From Patescibacteria group bacterium (lineage in GTDB: Bacteria > Patescibacteriota > CPR2 > UBA1875 > CAIMLA01), in NCBI GenBank assembly GCA_041738615.1, contig JBGSPL010000003.1, forward strand, positions 24,708-88,707: 64,000 nt of DNA, given 5' to 3'. Position numbers and translations under genes: made by a program. The stretch's first letter is position 1; each line of letters starts with the position of its first letter. Shown here in pieces: positions 39,606 through 49,323 of this stretch. Below the pieces are notes generated by a model. It did not search any database. It saw only the letters and a list, made by a program, of their open reading frames with translations, and was not told where the DNA came from.

Positions 39606-41834
39606 TTATTCGTGTTTTGCGGCAATTTCGGTTGCAGTAGGCATCGATGACACAGTCCCTTCTGGACGTGGTGCAGGAGCACTAGCGAGCTTCGGTGCCG
39701 GCCTTTTCTTTAGCGGGAACTTGAATCCAAATACAGAACCTTTGCCCTCTGTTGAGTCAAAGATAATCTCACCGCCATGATCGAGCACGACACGTTTCGC
39801 AAGGTAAATCCCTAGACCAGTACCATCCGGACGAGCGGTACGAGCATTATCGGCACGGAAGAATTTCTCGAAGAGATGGTCTCGCTGGGCTTTCGGTACA
39901 CCGATACCTGTATCATGCACTTCATAGATAAAGTTGTCTTTGTCATGGCGCAGCACCACTGTGACTCCGCCCGTGTTCGTATAGTAAATGGCATTGTCCA
40001 TGAAGTTCATCACTACCTGGCGAATCTTGGTCTCGTCCGCATAGATATGTGGCACCTTGCCCTTGGCTTCGAGCTTCAGATACAGCCCCTTTGCCTTGGC
40101 GCTATTGCTGAGTTGCTTCACTTCCTCATTCACGACACGTTCGATGTCCACCTCCTTGGGCTCTAGGAAGAAACGACCAGTATCCATACGAGAAACATTC
40201 AGGAGGTCGTTGATCAGACCCACCATACGGTTTGCACCACTGTAAGCTTCGTTGATGAAGTCGTACTGGCTTACCTTGATATCTCCGGCATCTCCCTCCA
40301 AAAGCATCGACAGATAGCCCTTGATGGCCGTCAGAGGGGTACGAAGCTGATGGGACGCCATGGAGATAAACTCGTCCTTGGCATGGTCTAGCTCCATCAG
40401 CTGCTCATTCTTTTGCTTCAGCCTGTATGTAGCGCGTTTTACTTCCTGACGCAAAGTGGTGTTGAAGCGGCTAATCTCCTCGTACGACTTGGCATTCTCT
40501 ACAGCAATGGCAAGCTCTGGTGCCAAAATTTCCAGAACGCTCATGTCCTGCTGACTATACATATCCCCCGAGCTCTTCTCCCCAAGTAGCATCACACCGA
40601 CTATTTCTTTCTCGGTCTTCAATGGAACTGCCAAAGTTGCTTCGTATTCGGATAGTAGGTGCTTCATACGAGAGCCGTCCTCAAGGTCGTCTAGATGGAT
40701 GATTCCATCCTTTGTGAGCTTGAGTACATCGCGAGGATCTACATCTGGAGTTTTCTTGTAGCCAATAGCCTGGGCGGTATAGAGGCGACTATCGTCCTTT
40801 ACAAGGGCAAAGAGCACTCTACTCGCCTTCACGTTCTTGGAAAGTAAATCTCCTACCTTGTATAAAAGCTCGATAAGAACAATGGTTGAGCCCATAGTAT
40901 TTGATAAACTGCCCAACAGTTCGTCGGCACTATAGGCGTTTCTGAAAAAAACTTTGTCTGTTACTTTTGTTATCCAAGTCTTGAGTGGTTGGAACAAGAA
41001 AACCATGACCACTGATATTACCGTTCTTAGAATGCCCTCTCCCCAGCCAAAATTCGCTAATTGCTCCGGGAAGAACAGTTTCTCTAAGCCCAGAACTGAA
41101 CCCGCATAAAATCCTGCCAGAGAAAGTAAAAGCAATAAATATGCTACTGATCGAGCTACCACTAACCTTATATCCAAGAATCGATGCCTCACAATTGCAT
41201 AGGCCGAAAAACCTACAAGGAAAATGGCGCTCTGTGCGTCAAATGGTACGGCTGGAGTAACACCGACTAAAGGCAACACTAAGCCCACCAGAAGAGCCAC
41301 GAAGGCATACAGGGTCAAACCGGTTAATATGTATTGCAACTGTAAACGCTTAACTCCGCGTGCCTTCATAAATGCCTTCACGACCAGGTAAAACATATAT
41401 ATTAGTGACACAAATACTGCACCACTGAAAATATTAAATAACGGTCCTGTTGTAAAGGTGTAAGACGAGGCGCTTGTGGCATTTATGGATTGGATAACTA
41501 ATCCGTCAATTAATGGCATCGCAAAAAGGACAAGACTAATGAAGTAAAAGATAGCAACCTTTGTGAACTTTGGCTCTCTCTCAAGCAAATACAGAAACCA
41601 AGGAACTAAAAGTGGTCCGACCGCGCCACCTGTAGAATATACCAACTTAAACATCAACAGGTCTTTGTGGAAGGAGAAGAAATAGAAATTAACTAGCGCC
41701 CAGAACGTGCTCATTAACGAGAAAATCAAGAATGAGATATTTAGCGGTTTCTTCCAGTTCTTCTGGAAAACCAATAGGCCAAGTAAAAAACTCGCTATTG
41801 CCACTATTAATGTAAAGTAGTTAAGTAAGTCCAT
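39606..41834 (-). CDS. Sensor histidine kinase: N-terminal ~8-TM sensor domain, GAF-like domain, HisKA + HATPase_c
   Basis: About 8 hydrophobic helices in the first 300 aa. H-box ELDHAKDEFISMASHQLRTPL. N/G1/G2 ATP-binding boxes. Pro/Ala-rich C-terminal tail. Start is 2 nt after the stop of the upstream alpha-oxoamine synthase gene. Confidence 0.85.
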   Translation of the reverse strand: MDLLNYFTLIVAIASFLLGLLVFQKNWKKPLNISFLIFSLMSTFWALVNFYFFSFHKDLLMFKLVYSTGGAVGPLLVPWFLYLLEREPKFTKVAIFYFISLVLFAMPLIDGLVIQSINATSASSYTFTTGPLFNIFSGAVFVSLIYMFYLVVKAFMKARGVKRLQLQYILTGLTLYAFVALLVGLVLPLVGVTPAVPFDAQSAIFLVGFSAYAIVRHRFLDIRLVVARSVAYLLLLLSLAGFYAGSVLGLEKLFFPEQLANFGWGEGILRTVISVVMVFLFQPLKTWITKVTDKVFFRNAYSADELLGSLSNTMGSTIVLIELLYKVGDLLSKNVKASRVLFALVKDDSRLYTAQAIGYKKTPDVDPRDVLKLTKDGIIHLDDLEDGSRMKHLLSEYEATLAVPLKTEKEIVGVMLLGEKSSGDMYSQQDMSVLEILAPELAIAVENAKSYEEISRFNTTLRQEVKRATYRLKQKNEQLMELDHAKDEFISMASHQLRTPLTAIKGYLSMLLEGDAGDIKVSQYDFINEAYSGANRMVGLINDLLNVSRMDTGRFFLEPKEVDIERVVNEEVKQLSNSAKAKGLYLKLEAKGKVPHIYADETKIRQVVMNFMDNAIYYTNTGGVTVVLRHDKDNFIYEVHDTGIGVPKAQRDHLFEKFFRADNARTARPDGTGLGIYLAKRVVLDHGGEIIFDSTEGKGSVFGFKFPLKKRPAPKLASAPAPRPEGTVSSMPTATEIAAKHE

Positions 41835-41835
41835 T

Positions 41836-43098
41836 CTACTTAATAATCTTCAACTCTTTACCAATTATTTCACAGGCATTAATGTATGCATCAAGATGCT
41901 CTTTCGTGTGGGTTACCATAACAATGATTCGAAACCTGCTCTGTCCTTCGGGTACTGCTGGCCATCTAACGATTGGTGAAAGGAATTTTCTCTCAAACAA
42001 TTTATTCGCAAATTCCACACCAAGTTTTTCATCCCCTACAAACAAGGCGACTGAGGGGATATTGTCTTTACCGACTATCTTAAATCCCTTCTCCTTTAGT
42101 TTGTCACGGAGATACTGCGATTTCTCAAAAAGGTTCTTTCTCAAGTTTTGGCCCTTTTTAATTTGCTTCACAGACTCAATCATTGCACCAGACATTGAGC
42201 ATGTCAGCGACGACGAAAGGATAGAAGACCTAGTAGCTATTCTAAGATAATCAATAAGTTCTTTCTTGCCACACAGATAGCCGCCAGTTCCACCCATGGC
42301 CTTATCCATACAACCCATCAGAATATCAATATCTTTAACACAATTATGATGCTCGGGGGTTCCGCCCCCATCCTTCCCTAAAATCCCGATACTATGAGCA
42401 TCGTCAATCATAATTTTTGCATTATATTTTTTTGCTAGGTTGATGTAGTCAGGCAAATTGATTATTTCGCCGTCGAGACTAAAAACGCCTTCTGTTATTA
42501 TCAATTTATTTTCAGTACTTTTATACTCTTTGAGCTTATTTTCTAAATCAACCAAATCATCATGCTTAAAAACAACGGTTTTGGCTGAGCTTAGCTTACA
42601 ACCATCAACTATAGATCCGTGATTATACTCATCACTAAATATCGCGCCGCTCCCTTTTTTGTAAGGGAGACCCATCATAAACTCATCCATAACCGCCCTG
42701 ATAACACCAACGTTCGCCATATAACCAGTTGGTAAGGTTAGGCAATCCTCAGTACCTGTTAGCCCAGCGATTTCTCGCTCTAACTCCTCGATTATATCCA
42801 CGTTACCACTTATGACACGAGAGCCACCTGGACCCATTCCATACTTTCGGATAGCTTCTATCCCGGCTTTCTTTACTGCCTCGTTTTCGGACATCCCTAA
42901 GTAGTTATTTGCACAAAAAATCTTGAAGGGTTCACCATCAATCTCGCAGACCGGTTCATTAACGCCACCTGTTATAACTGGGAACATGGGATAAAGTTCA
43001 GCGTCTTTTAGATAGTTAACGAGCTTATAAGCGTTGCCAAAGTGTTCTTTTTCCTTAATCAATTTAGAACCAGCGAAAAGCTTAACTTCTTTTAGCAT
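41836..43098 (-). CDS. Alpha-oxoamine synthase family PLP enzyme (BioF/Kbl/Spt/CqsA-like acyl-CoA:amino-acid C-acyltransferase)
   Basis: Class II aminotransferase fold: GSRVISGN, DEYNHGSIVDG, IMIDDAHSIG, PLP-lysine context MGCMDKAMGGTGGY. 420 aa. Confidence 0.8.
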   Translation of the reverse strand: MLKEVKLFAGSKLIKEKEHFGNAYKLVNYLKDAELYPMFPVITGGVNEPVCEIDGEPFKIFCANNYLGMSENEAVKKAGIEAIRKYGMGPGGSRVISGNVDIIEELEREIAGLTGTEDCLTLPTGYMANVGVIRAVMDEFMMGLPYKKGSGAIFSDEYNHGSIVDGCKLSSAKTVVFKHDDLVDLENKLKEYKSTENKLIITEGVFSLDGEIINLPDYINLAKKYNAKIMIDDAHSIGILGKDGGGTPEHHNCVKDIDILMGCMDKAMGGTGGYLCGKKELIDYLRIATRSSILSSSLTCSMSGAMIESVKQIKKGQNLRKNLFEKSQYLRDKLKEKGFKIVGKDNIPSVALFVGDEKLGVEFANKLFERKFLSPIVRWPAVPEGQSRFRIIVMVTHTKEHLDAYINACEIIGKELKIIK

Positions 43099-43165
43099 TG
43101 AGTATCCCTCCAGAGTTATTGTTATATTTAAATGATACTACCGACCGAGTGTAATTTAAAGGTCA

Positions 43166-44911
43166 CTATTGGTATAATCCTTCCAGGATATTCTCATATT
43201 TCCCTGCGATTACCTGCCTTTTTAGCGACAATTTTGGTGTCAATTCTCCACCTTCAATGCTGAAAGGCTCGGAAAGTAAAGCGAATTTACGCACGTGCTC
43301 GATTGTAGAGAGGTGCGCCGTCTTGTTTATCGCCTCACCCGAGATTAGCTCGATTACCTCTGGCATCTTAGCGAGTTTCGCCTTGTTTTTTACGTTAAAG
43401 TGAAGCGCTAGCTGGGAGTAATCGGGAACAATCAGCGCTGCGATATGCTTGTAGCCATCCCCCACCACCATGGCTTGCTCGATATATATACTAGACTCCA
43501 AGGCATTCTCGATAGCTACTGGCCCAATCTTTTTTCCTGTGGTTAGAACGATCAGGTCCTTTTTGCGCCCAGAAATAGTAAGAAAACCATCCTTATCAAT
43601 AGTGCCGAGGTCCCCAGTGCAAAAATATCCATCCTTGGTGAAGGCTTCTTTGTTGTCACTAGCGCGCAGATAACCCTGCGTGATAGTCGGGCCCTTCACT
43701 AGGATCTCTCCGTCATTGGCCAGCTTCAGCTTGATGTTGTAGATTGGGTGGCCAACAGTGCCAAAACGATAGCTTCCTATCTCGTTGACAGCCACTATCG
43801 GCGACGTTTCGGTGAGCCCGTAGCCCTCAAGTACCAGCATATCGACCTTGGCAAAGAACTGACCTATCTTCTTCGGCAGTGAAGCACCGCCGGAGATGAA
43901 GAAGCGAATGTTACCGCCAAAGTTTCCCTTTACCTTGGAGAAAACCAGTTTATCGAAAAGTGGATATAACGGACTGCTCTTCTTGGTTGCAAAAGCCAGC
44001 CGGAATATCAGCTTGGTGACCAGACTCTTGTTTGCCTTCGCCTGAACCTTTTCGTATATCTTTTCGTAGAGGCGCGGAACTGCTAGAACTATAGTCGGCT
44101 TGATCGCCTGAATCTCATCGGAGAGAGTGTCTAAGCTCAGGCAGTATGCGATGCTGGCACCGGCATAGATAGGGATATAATAGCCAGCAGTGCGCTCGAA
44201 AACATGTGAGAGTGGCAAGATTGAAAAGAATTTGTCGGTTGGCAGTATCCATATAGAGTGTGTGGTGCCGACAATGTTCTCGATAAAGTTGCCATGGGTA
44301 AGCTTGACCCCCTTTAGATGCCCCGTGGTACCAGAGGTATAGATGATGCTCGCGAGCACATCGGGGCGAATCTCCAGAGCGCCTGCCGCTATTGCCGACT
44401 CCTGAACCTCGGTGATTTCCATGTCGTTTATAAGCTTCTTGAAGTACAAAAGCTTTGAAAAATTTGTATCCTCGATGTGAGTGAAGGAAACAAGATGCTC
44501 GATTTTCGCTACATCTCTAGCAATTTCGAGTAACTTATCCTCGATAGCCTTCTCGGAAAAGAAGATTGCCTTTGGCTTGATCTCCTCGATGATGCCAGCG
44601 AGCTGGCCGGCAGAGAGCACTTCGTGAACCGGTACCGTGACGCCTCCAATAAGCTGCAGAGCAAGGTCGGTAATCACCCACTCTGGGCGGTTTTCGGAGA
44701 TTAAGAGTACCTTATCTCCCTGTTTGAAGCCGAGGTTCAGCATCGATTGCGCTAGCGCCATGACCTCACTCTTCAGCTCAAAATAGGTTAGGCTCTCATA
44801 ATGATGGCCCTTCTTGTACTTCAGAACCTCGTTTTCGGCGCGTAGTTCGGCAGAAGTGAGAAACATATCGGCGAGATTTAGCGGTATCCACTGCTCTTTT
44901 GGCTTTGTCAT
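43166..44911 (-). CDS. Long-chain fatty acid--CoA ligase (AMP-forming, FadD-like)
   Basis: AMP-binding motif IYTSGTTGHLKGV, TGDLG...DGFL, C-terminal lid; 581 aa. Confidence 0.85.
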   Translation of the reverse strand: MTKPKEQWIPLNLADMFLTSAELRAENEVLKYKKGHHYESLTYFELKSEVMALAQSMLNLGFKQGDKVLLISENRPEWVITDLALQLIGGVTVPVHEVLSAGQLAGIIEEIKPKAIFFSEKAIEDKLLEIARDVAKIEHLVSFTHIEDTNFSKLLYFKKLINDMEITEVQESAIAAGALEIRPDVLASIIYTSGTTGHLKGVKLTHGNFIENIVGTTHSIWILPTDKFFSILPLSHVFERTAGYYIPIYAGASIAYCLSLDTLSDEIQAIKPTIVLAVPRLYEKIYEKVQAKANKSLVTKLIFRLAFATKKSSPLYPLFDKLVFSKVKGNFGGNIRFFISGGASLPKKIGQFFAKVDMLVLEGYGLTETSPIVAVNEIGSYRFGTVGHPIYNIKLKLANDGEILVKGPTITQGYLRASDNKEAFTKDGYFCTGDLGTIDKDGFLTISGRKKDLIVLTTGKKIGPVAIENALESSIYIEQAMVVGDGYKHIAALIVPDYSQLALHFNVKNKAKLAKMPEVIELISGEAINKTAHLSTIEHVRKFALLSEPFSIEGGELTPKLSLKRQVIAGKYENILEGLYQ

Positions 44912-44978
44912 GGGTATCCCCTCCAGCTATTCAGTATTAGTATATTATCAGATTACCTGGTGCTTGTAGAGACTTTCC

Positions 44979-45935
44979 CTACTGCGAAAACTTCCACTTA
45001 TACTTGCTTGATGCGCCAAGATAAGCATCAAAGGTGCCCTGCAAACCTTGGGCGGTACTAGTCGGGAACATGCGAATCCTGGGAATTTCATAGTTGTTTC
45101 CCGACTTGGCAAATGGTTGGGTAGTAACCGCGGCCTTATAGCCTGCAGCTTTTGCCTCACGCTCGGTAAGGTCCCCAAAACGTCCCGACGGATAGCAGAG
45201 AAATTCTACTGGCTTGCCTGTAATCTCCTCTAGGGAGGCCTTGCTGTTTGCAAGTTGGCTATCCATATCGCCCTTCTTTGCATACTGCATATCGATGTGG
45301 CTCACAGTATGCGACTGAATATCCATGCCAGCATCCGACATCTCGCGGAGCTGGGTGCTATTCATATATCCGCCCGCACCAGCGTAGCTAGATATGATAA
45401 AGAAGACGCCTTTTTGGTCACGTTCTTTGAGCATACTAAAAACCTCTGTATAGTTGTCGGCGTAGCCGTCGTCGAAGGTCAAGATTACTGACTTTTCGAC
45501 AACTTTTCCAGAGAAAAGGTCGCTAAAGGTTATGGTGTGGTAGCCATTATTCTTTAGCCAGTCTAGGTGTGAGGCGAACGCCGCAGGCGTCACTGAGAGA
45601 CCGGCCTCTATCTTGTCTGTTCCTGCATAGTTTTGGATATGATGATACATGAGCACTGGCACTAGCTTGTCCCCAGCCACATAATGTCGCTCCTCGCCCC
45701 GTGGCATTGGCGAAATGTTGGGTGGCTGGTATTCTCCCTCATGAAAGACTCTCTCTGCCAGCATAGTGTGGGCTTCGTTAACCGTCTTGGGTCTTCTATT
45801 GCTAGAGAAACTGCGCAGACTACGTGCCCACACAGACACTCCCATAATTAAAAGCACGACACCGATTACGGTGACAGGGAAATCATAACGTAGAAAACGG
45901 TGTTTATTCGGTTTTTTGAACATTACTTTTTGCAA
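44979..45935 (-). CDS. Polysaccharide deacetylase (NodB homology domain) with N-terminal TM anchor
   Basis: NodB motifs ILTFDDGYADNY and MYHHI, catalytic His region. 318 aa. Confidence 0.75.
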   Translation of the reverse strand: MQKVMFKKPNKHRFLRYDFPVTVIGVVLLIMGVSVWARSLRSFSSNRRPKTVNEAHTMLAERVFHEGEYQPPNISPMPRGEERHYVAGDKLVPVLMYHHIQNYAGTDKIEAGLSVTPAAFASHLDWLKNNGYHTITFSDLFSGKVVEKSVILTFDDGYADNYTEVFSMLKERDQKGVFFIISSYAGAGGYMNSTQLREMSDAGMDIQSHTVSHIDMQYAKKGDMDSQLANSKASLEEITGKPVEFLCYPSGRFGDLTEREAKAAGYKAAVTTQPFAKSGNNYEIPRIRMFPTSTAQGLQGTFDAYLGASSKYKWKFSQ

Positions 45936-45952
45936 TTTGCTCCTGCATATCC

Positions 45953-47608
45953 TTAATTACTAACCGTGTACACTTTGTTTGGTGCGCTGCCCGTAATGTT
46001 CGCGCCGCTCTCATTTTGATTATTTAGCCGAAATCCAAATTTGTATTTGCTGGTTTTGGCATCGTATTCATAATTTATATTTGTAATGTCATAGTCCGAG
46101 GTAAGATACGGGTTATCTCCAGCTGTGAGCACCGTGAGAAGCTCAGTGGCGTCGACGGCGGTAGGATACGAGCCCTTGTCTTTCTTGTACTGTTCGACCG
46201 CTGTCTTTAGCGTAGTAATTTCGGCCTTGATTGTCTCGTCTTTCGCCTTATTTGCTGCGCCCGTGCCAAAGTTTTCGTCATAGGCAGCTGCAGCATCAGT
46301 AGTGTTGATGATTCTAGCTCCAATCGGTAGCTTGATGGCTTCATTGAAATCATAGTTGAAGCTTTGCTGCCACGAAAGTGTATAGCTAGTCTCCATCCCT
46401 TGCGAGGTTGTTGCCGATGCTGTATCTCCTGTCGCCGCTAGTTTAGCTGCCGCACGAATGTCGAGCTTGGATACTCGACCACTAGCTGCGTCTATCCAGA
46501 CATCAGCTCTGGTGGCTGCCTCGTCTACGGTGATATCTACCCCGCTCTTGCCACCCTCCAAACTGTCCTTGATGGCCCCAATTTGTTCCGTAGTGGGAAC
46601 GAAAATAAAACGGTACTGCTTCTTACCCTCTACTACCTCGTCGCTTCCGCGAGTAAAACCCCTGGCACTACTCGCCGTGAGCCAGCTCTTTTGCGGTAGG
46701 AGCTGCGCTGTATCGGCACCCATTGCCTCCGAGTTTGTGGCTGCCTTCCAGGCATTCTTGTATTCTGTGAATTTCTTGGTAGAAAGCTTGGAGTTTTCTG
46801 CGTCCGCAATATATAGGGTATCCTTCTTCTTTAGATAAACCAGACTCCCCGGTAAACCCGCCTCAGTAAGCGTTAATCGAACGTTCTGATCACTATCCAC
46901 CTCTAACTTGCCCTTGGCAGTAAAGCCGGTTGCGCTCAAATCTAGCTTGCTAGACATCTTGGGTAGCGCCGCTAGCTGAGCGACAGCCCCTTGGAGTATC
47001 TTTTGATTATTACTTGTCTGATATGCCCGAAACCCTAGGAAACCACCGACCGAGATGGCCACTAACAGCACAACCAAACCGCTATACATCAAAACTTTTT
47101 TATAGGCTTTCTTTCCTGAGGCAGTGAATGACTTTTCTACCGGTACCGACGCGGGCCTCTCTATCAAAGTACCATCTACTGCTACGCTCATTCCCCTGCT
47201 ATCCATCGAGTCTTTCTCGAGAAGCGGATCGGCAACCATTGCTGGGCTGTTGTATGAATCCCGAATCGGCTCCCTGGGAACTCCGACTGGCGCTGACGGT
47301 ATAGCAACTGGGGCCTCCGTTGGGACTTGCGGCATTGGTGCATACGTTTGCTCCATGCTCGGCTGCTCTGCCTCCGCTTGCCCTTCGCTAGCACCCTCTT
47401 CTACAGTGGGCGCAGTACTATTCTCCTCTGGAGCCTCAGGCACAGGGGCTACCACAATCTCGGGCTCGGCCACCATATCATCGGGGCGAAAAATCGGCGG
47501 CATATTTGTGTCTGCGGTACTCGGAGATGGCAAATCTGCTGCTGGCGTTAGACCACCGGCAGCATCTCCCTCCAGGGAGTTTATCGCATTTGCAATATCA
47601 TCGTCCAA
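45953..47608 (-). CDS. Single-pass membrane protein with Pro/Ala/Glu-rich N-terminal region and C-terminal pseudopilin (GspG/type IV pilin)-like domain
   Basis: TM at about residues 170-195. C-terminal segment KAEITTLKTAVEQYKKDKGSYPTAVDATELLTVL matches the conserved pilin/pseudopilin alpha-beta junction pattern (A..DI..L..AL..Y..D.G.YP). No prepilin leader. Confidence 0.45.
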   Translation of the reverse strand: MDDDIANAINSLEGDAAGGLTPAADLPSPSTADTNMPPIFRPDDMVAEPEIVVAPVPEAPEENSTAPTVEEGASEGQAEAEQPSMEQTYAPMPQVPTEAPVAIPSAPVGVPREPIRDSYNSPAMVADPLLEKDSMDSRGMSVAVDGTLIERPASVPVEKSFTASGKKAYKKVLMYSGLVVLLVAISVGGFLGFRAYQTSNNQKILQGAVAQLAALPKMSSKLDLSATGFTAKGKLEVDSDQNVRLTLTEAGLPGSLVYLKKKDTLYIADAENSKLSTKKFTEYKNAWKAATNSEAMGADTAQLLPQKSWLTASSARGFTRGSDEVVEGKKQYRFIFVPTTEQIGAIKDSLEGGKSGVDITVDEAATRADVWIDAASGRVSKLDIRAAAKLAATGDTASATTSQGMETSYTLSWQQSFNYDFNEAIKLPIGARIINTTDAAAAYDENFGTGAANKAKDETIKAEITTLKTAVEQYKKDKGSYPTAVDATELLTVLTAGDNPYLTSDYDITNINYEYDAKTSKYKFGFRLNNQNESGANITGSAPNKVYTVSN

Positions 47609-47626
47609 GATCCCCTCCCGTTGTGA

Positions 47627-48439
47627 CTATACCGATGTATCCCTAAAGATAAACCGAGCTAGCGCCAAGATAGTAAATACCGCCGAAACTCCTAAGAAAT
47701 AGGGTAAGTAGTTCTCTACGTACTCCCCTTTGACTATATTGGTAGCACCGTTTAGATAGTGGAAAAATGAATAATCCTTCAGGTAAGCCATATCGGCCTT
47801 GAGTCCACCAACAATATTGATTCCATAGAGAGCTATCACGATTCCGGCGGTCGAAAATGATGCTTTGCTCTTCTCCGAAAACAGCGCCGAAAAGAGACAG
47901 GCAGTGCTGAATACAGTGATTCCGAAAAGCAAACCGCTAACCGCAAGTGGCAGATTGTTCATCCCCTCTAAGTTTATTTTGTGCAACTTGGCCAGAGGAA
48001 CTATGGCATACACTGTTGTAAAAGCAAAGAATGCGAGTAGAGTCACTGATGCCGCATAACGACCCATAAATATCTTCCACCTTTGTAAGGGTAGCGCCAG
48101 CGTCTGCTCGATCGTCCCCTTTTCAACCTCTCCAGAAATCATCGAGTTCGCCAAAGAAATCCCAAGGACAATCACAATAATCGGCCAGATGATGCTGTAT
48201 TGTTCAGAGGCTACAAAGGTAGAAATCTTTGCAAAGTTCAAGTTTGCAGGATCAAGGCCAAATACCGTCCAAATCTCCTTAGGGTAGCTGTCTAACAACA
48301 CATTGATCTTGTCCATCGCCACTGAGCCAAACGTCGGAAATAGCGCTACGTACATCTCAAGAAAAGCGACTGTGCTGATGATATAAAGGAGTATTGACCA
48401 GATTCTATCCTTTAGGAAGCGAAAATATACTGCAATCAT
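47627..48439 (-). CDS. ABC-2 type transporter permease
   Basis: 270 aa, 6 TM, ABC-2 topology. ATGA-coupled to the upstream ATPase gene. Confidence 0.7.
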   Translation of the reverse strand: MIAVYFRFLKDRIWSILLYIISTVAFLEMYVALFPTFGSVAMDKINVLLDSYPKEIWTVFGLDPANLNFAKISTFVASEQYSIIWPIIVIVLGISLANSMISGEVEKGTIEQTLALPLQRWKIFMGRYAASVTLLAFFAFTTVYAIVPLAKLHKINLEGMNNLPLAVSGLLFGITVFSTACLFSALFSEKSKASFSTAGIVIALYGINIVGGLKADMAYLKDYSFFHYLNGATNIVKGEYVENYLPYFLGVSAVFTILALARFIFRDTSV

Positions 48440-49323
48440 TATTCTTTCCTTTCGTAATACTTCAGGAAAACATCCTCTAGGCTAGCGTGCGAAACCTCGA
48501 TATCTAGCAACTTGTGTTTTGAGAGCTTGTGCATCACTGGGTTGATGTCACCAGAAACCGTAATCATCACGCCGTCAGATACTTCCTCTACCTTATCCAC
48601 TCCCTTGCCGATAAACTCCGATACTTCGTACTTGTCAGCAAAACGCACCTCTATCTTGTGGAGTTTCTTTTCGCCAAGAGCTTTGATGCTCTCTACGGCG
48701 ACAAGCTTTCCCTCCTTGATGATGGCAACCCGATCACAAAGACGCTCTACCTCTGGTAGATTGTGAGAGGAGATAAATATCGTCGTGCCCCTATCTCTCA
48801 TGGAGAGCAATATCTCATAAATGGTGTTCTGAAGTAACGGATCGAGGCCTACTGTAGGCTCATCCATGACTAGTACCTTTGGATTATTCATAAGCGCCAG
48901 AATCAAGCCGAGCTTTTGCTTATTCCCACTAGAGAGATGCCGAAATTTCGCCAAAGGGTTGTAGTCGAGCTTCTTCATGAGGTCTCGTACGGTGTCGGAC
49001 TTGCCACGTACACTCTCGAAGAAGTGGATGTGGTCCCAGCCAGTCCAATTATCATAAAGCTTTACATTGCCAGGTAGGTAGCCAATCTGTCTTTTTACGT
49101 CCTCCGCACCTAGGAAAAGACGTTTGCCTAATACTGTGACTTCACCCTTGGTGGTCTTGTTAAAGCCCATGAGGCAGCGAATAGTCGTGCTTTTACCAGC
49201 GCCGTTCGGCCCCAAAAAACCAAAAATTTCCCCCTCCGGAACTGCAAAAGATATCCCGTCTACCGCATGGAGTTTGCCGTAGTGTTTTGCGAGGTCAGTA
49301 ACCTCAATCACATTTTTCTTCAT
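48439..49323 (-). CDS. ABC transporter ATP-binding protein
   Basis: Walker A GPNGAGKST, signature LSSGNKQK, Walker B LVMDEPT. 294 aa. Confidence 0.88.
   Translation of the reverse strand: MKKNVIEVTDLAKHYGKLHAVDGISFAVPEGEIFGFLGPNGAGKSTTIRCLMGFNKTTKGEVTVLGKRLFLGAEDVKRQIGYLPGNVKLYDNWTGWDHIHFFESVRGKSDTVRDLMKKLDYNPLAKFRHLSSGNKQKLGLILALMNNPKVLVMDEPTVGLDPLLQNTIYEILLSMRDRGTTIFISSHNLPEVERLCDRVAIIKEGKLVAVESIKALGEKKLHKIEVRFADKYEVSEFIGKGVDKVEEVSDGVMITVSGDINPVMHKLSKHKLLDIEVSHASLEDVFLKYYERKE

Noticed and set aside
41836-44911. Interpretation as BioW-BioF (pimeloyl-CoA synthetase + 8-amino-7-oxononanoate synthase) biotin genes
   Set aside because: The ligase is a 581-aa FadD-type long-chain acyl-CoA synthetase, not the ~250-aa BioW family. 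No bioA, bioD or bioB genes are nearby. BioF identity for the synthase cannot be excluded without alignment, but the context argues against it.
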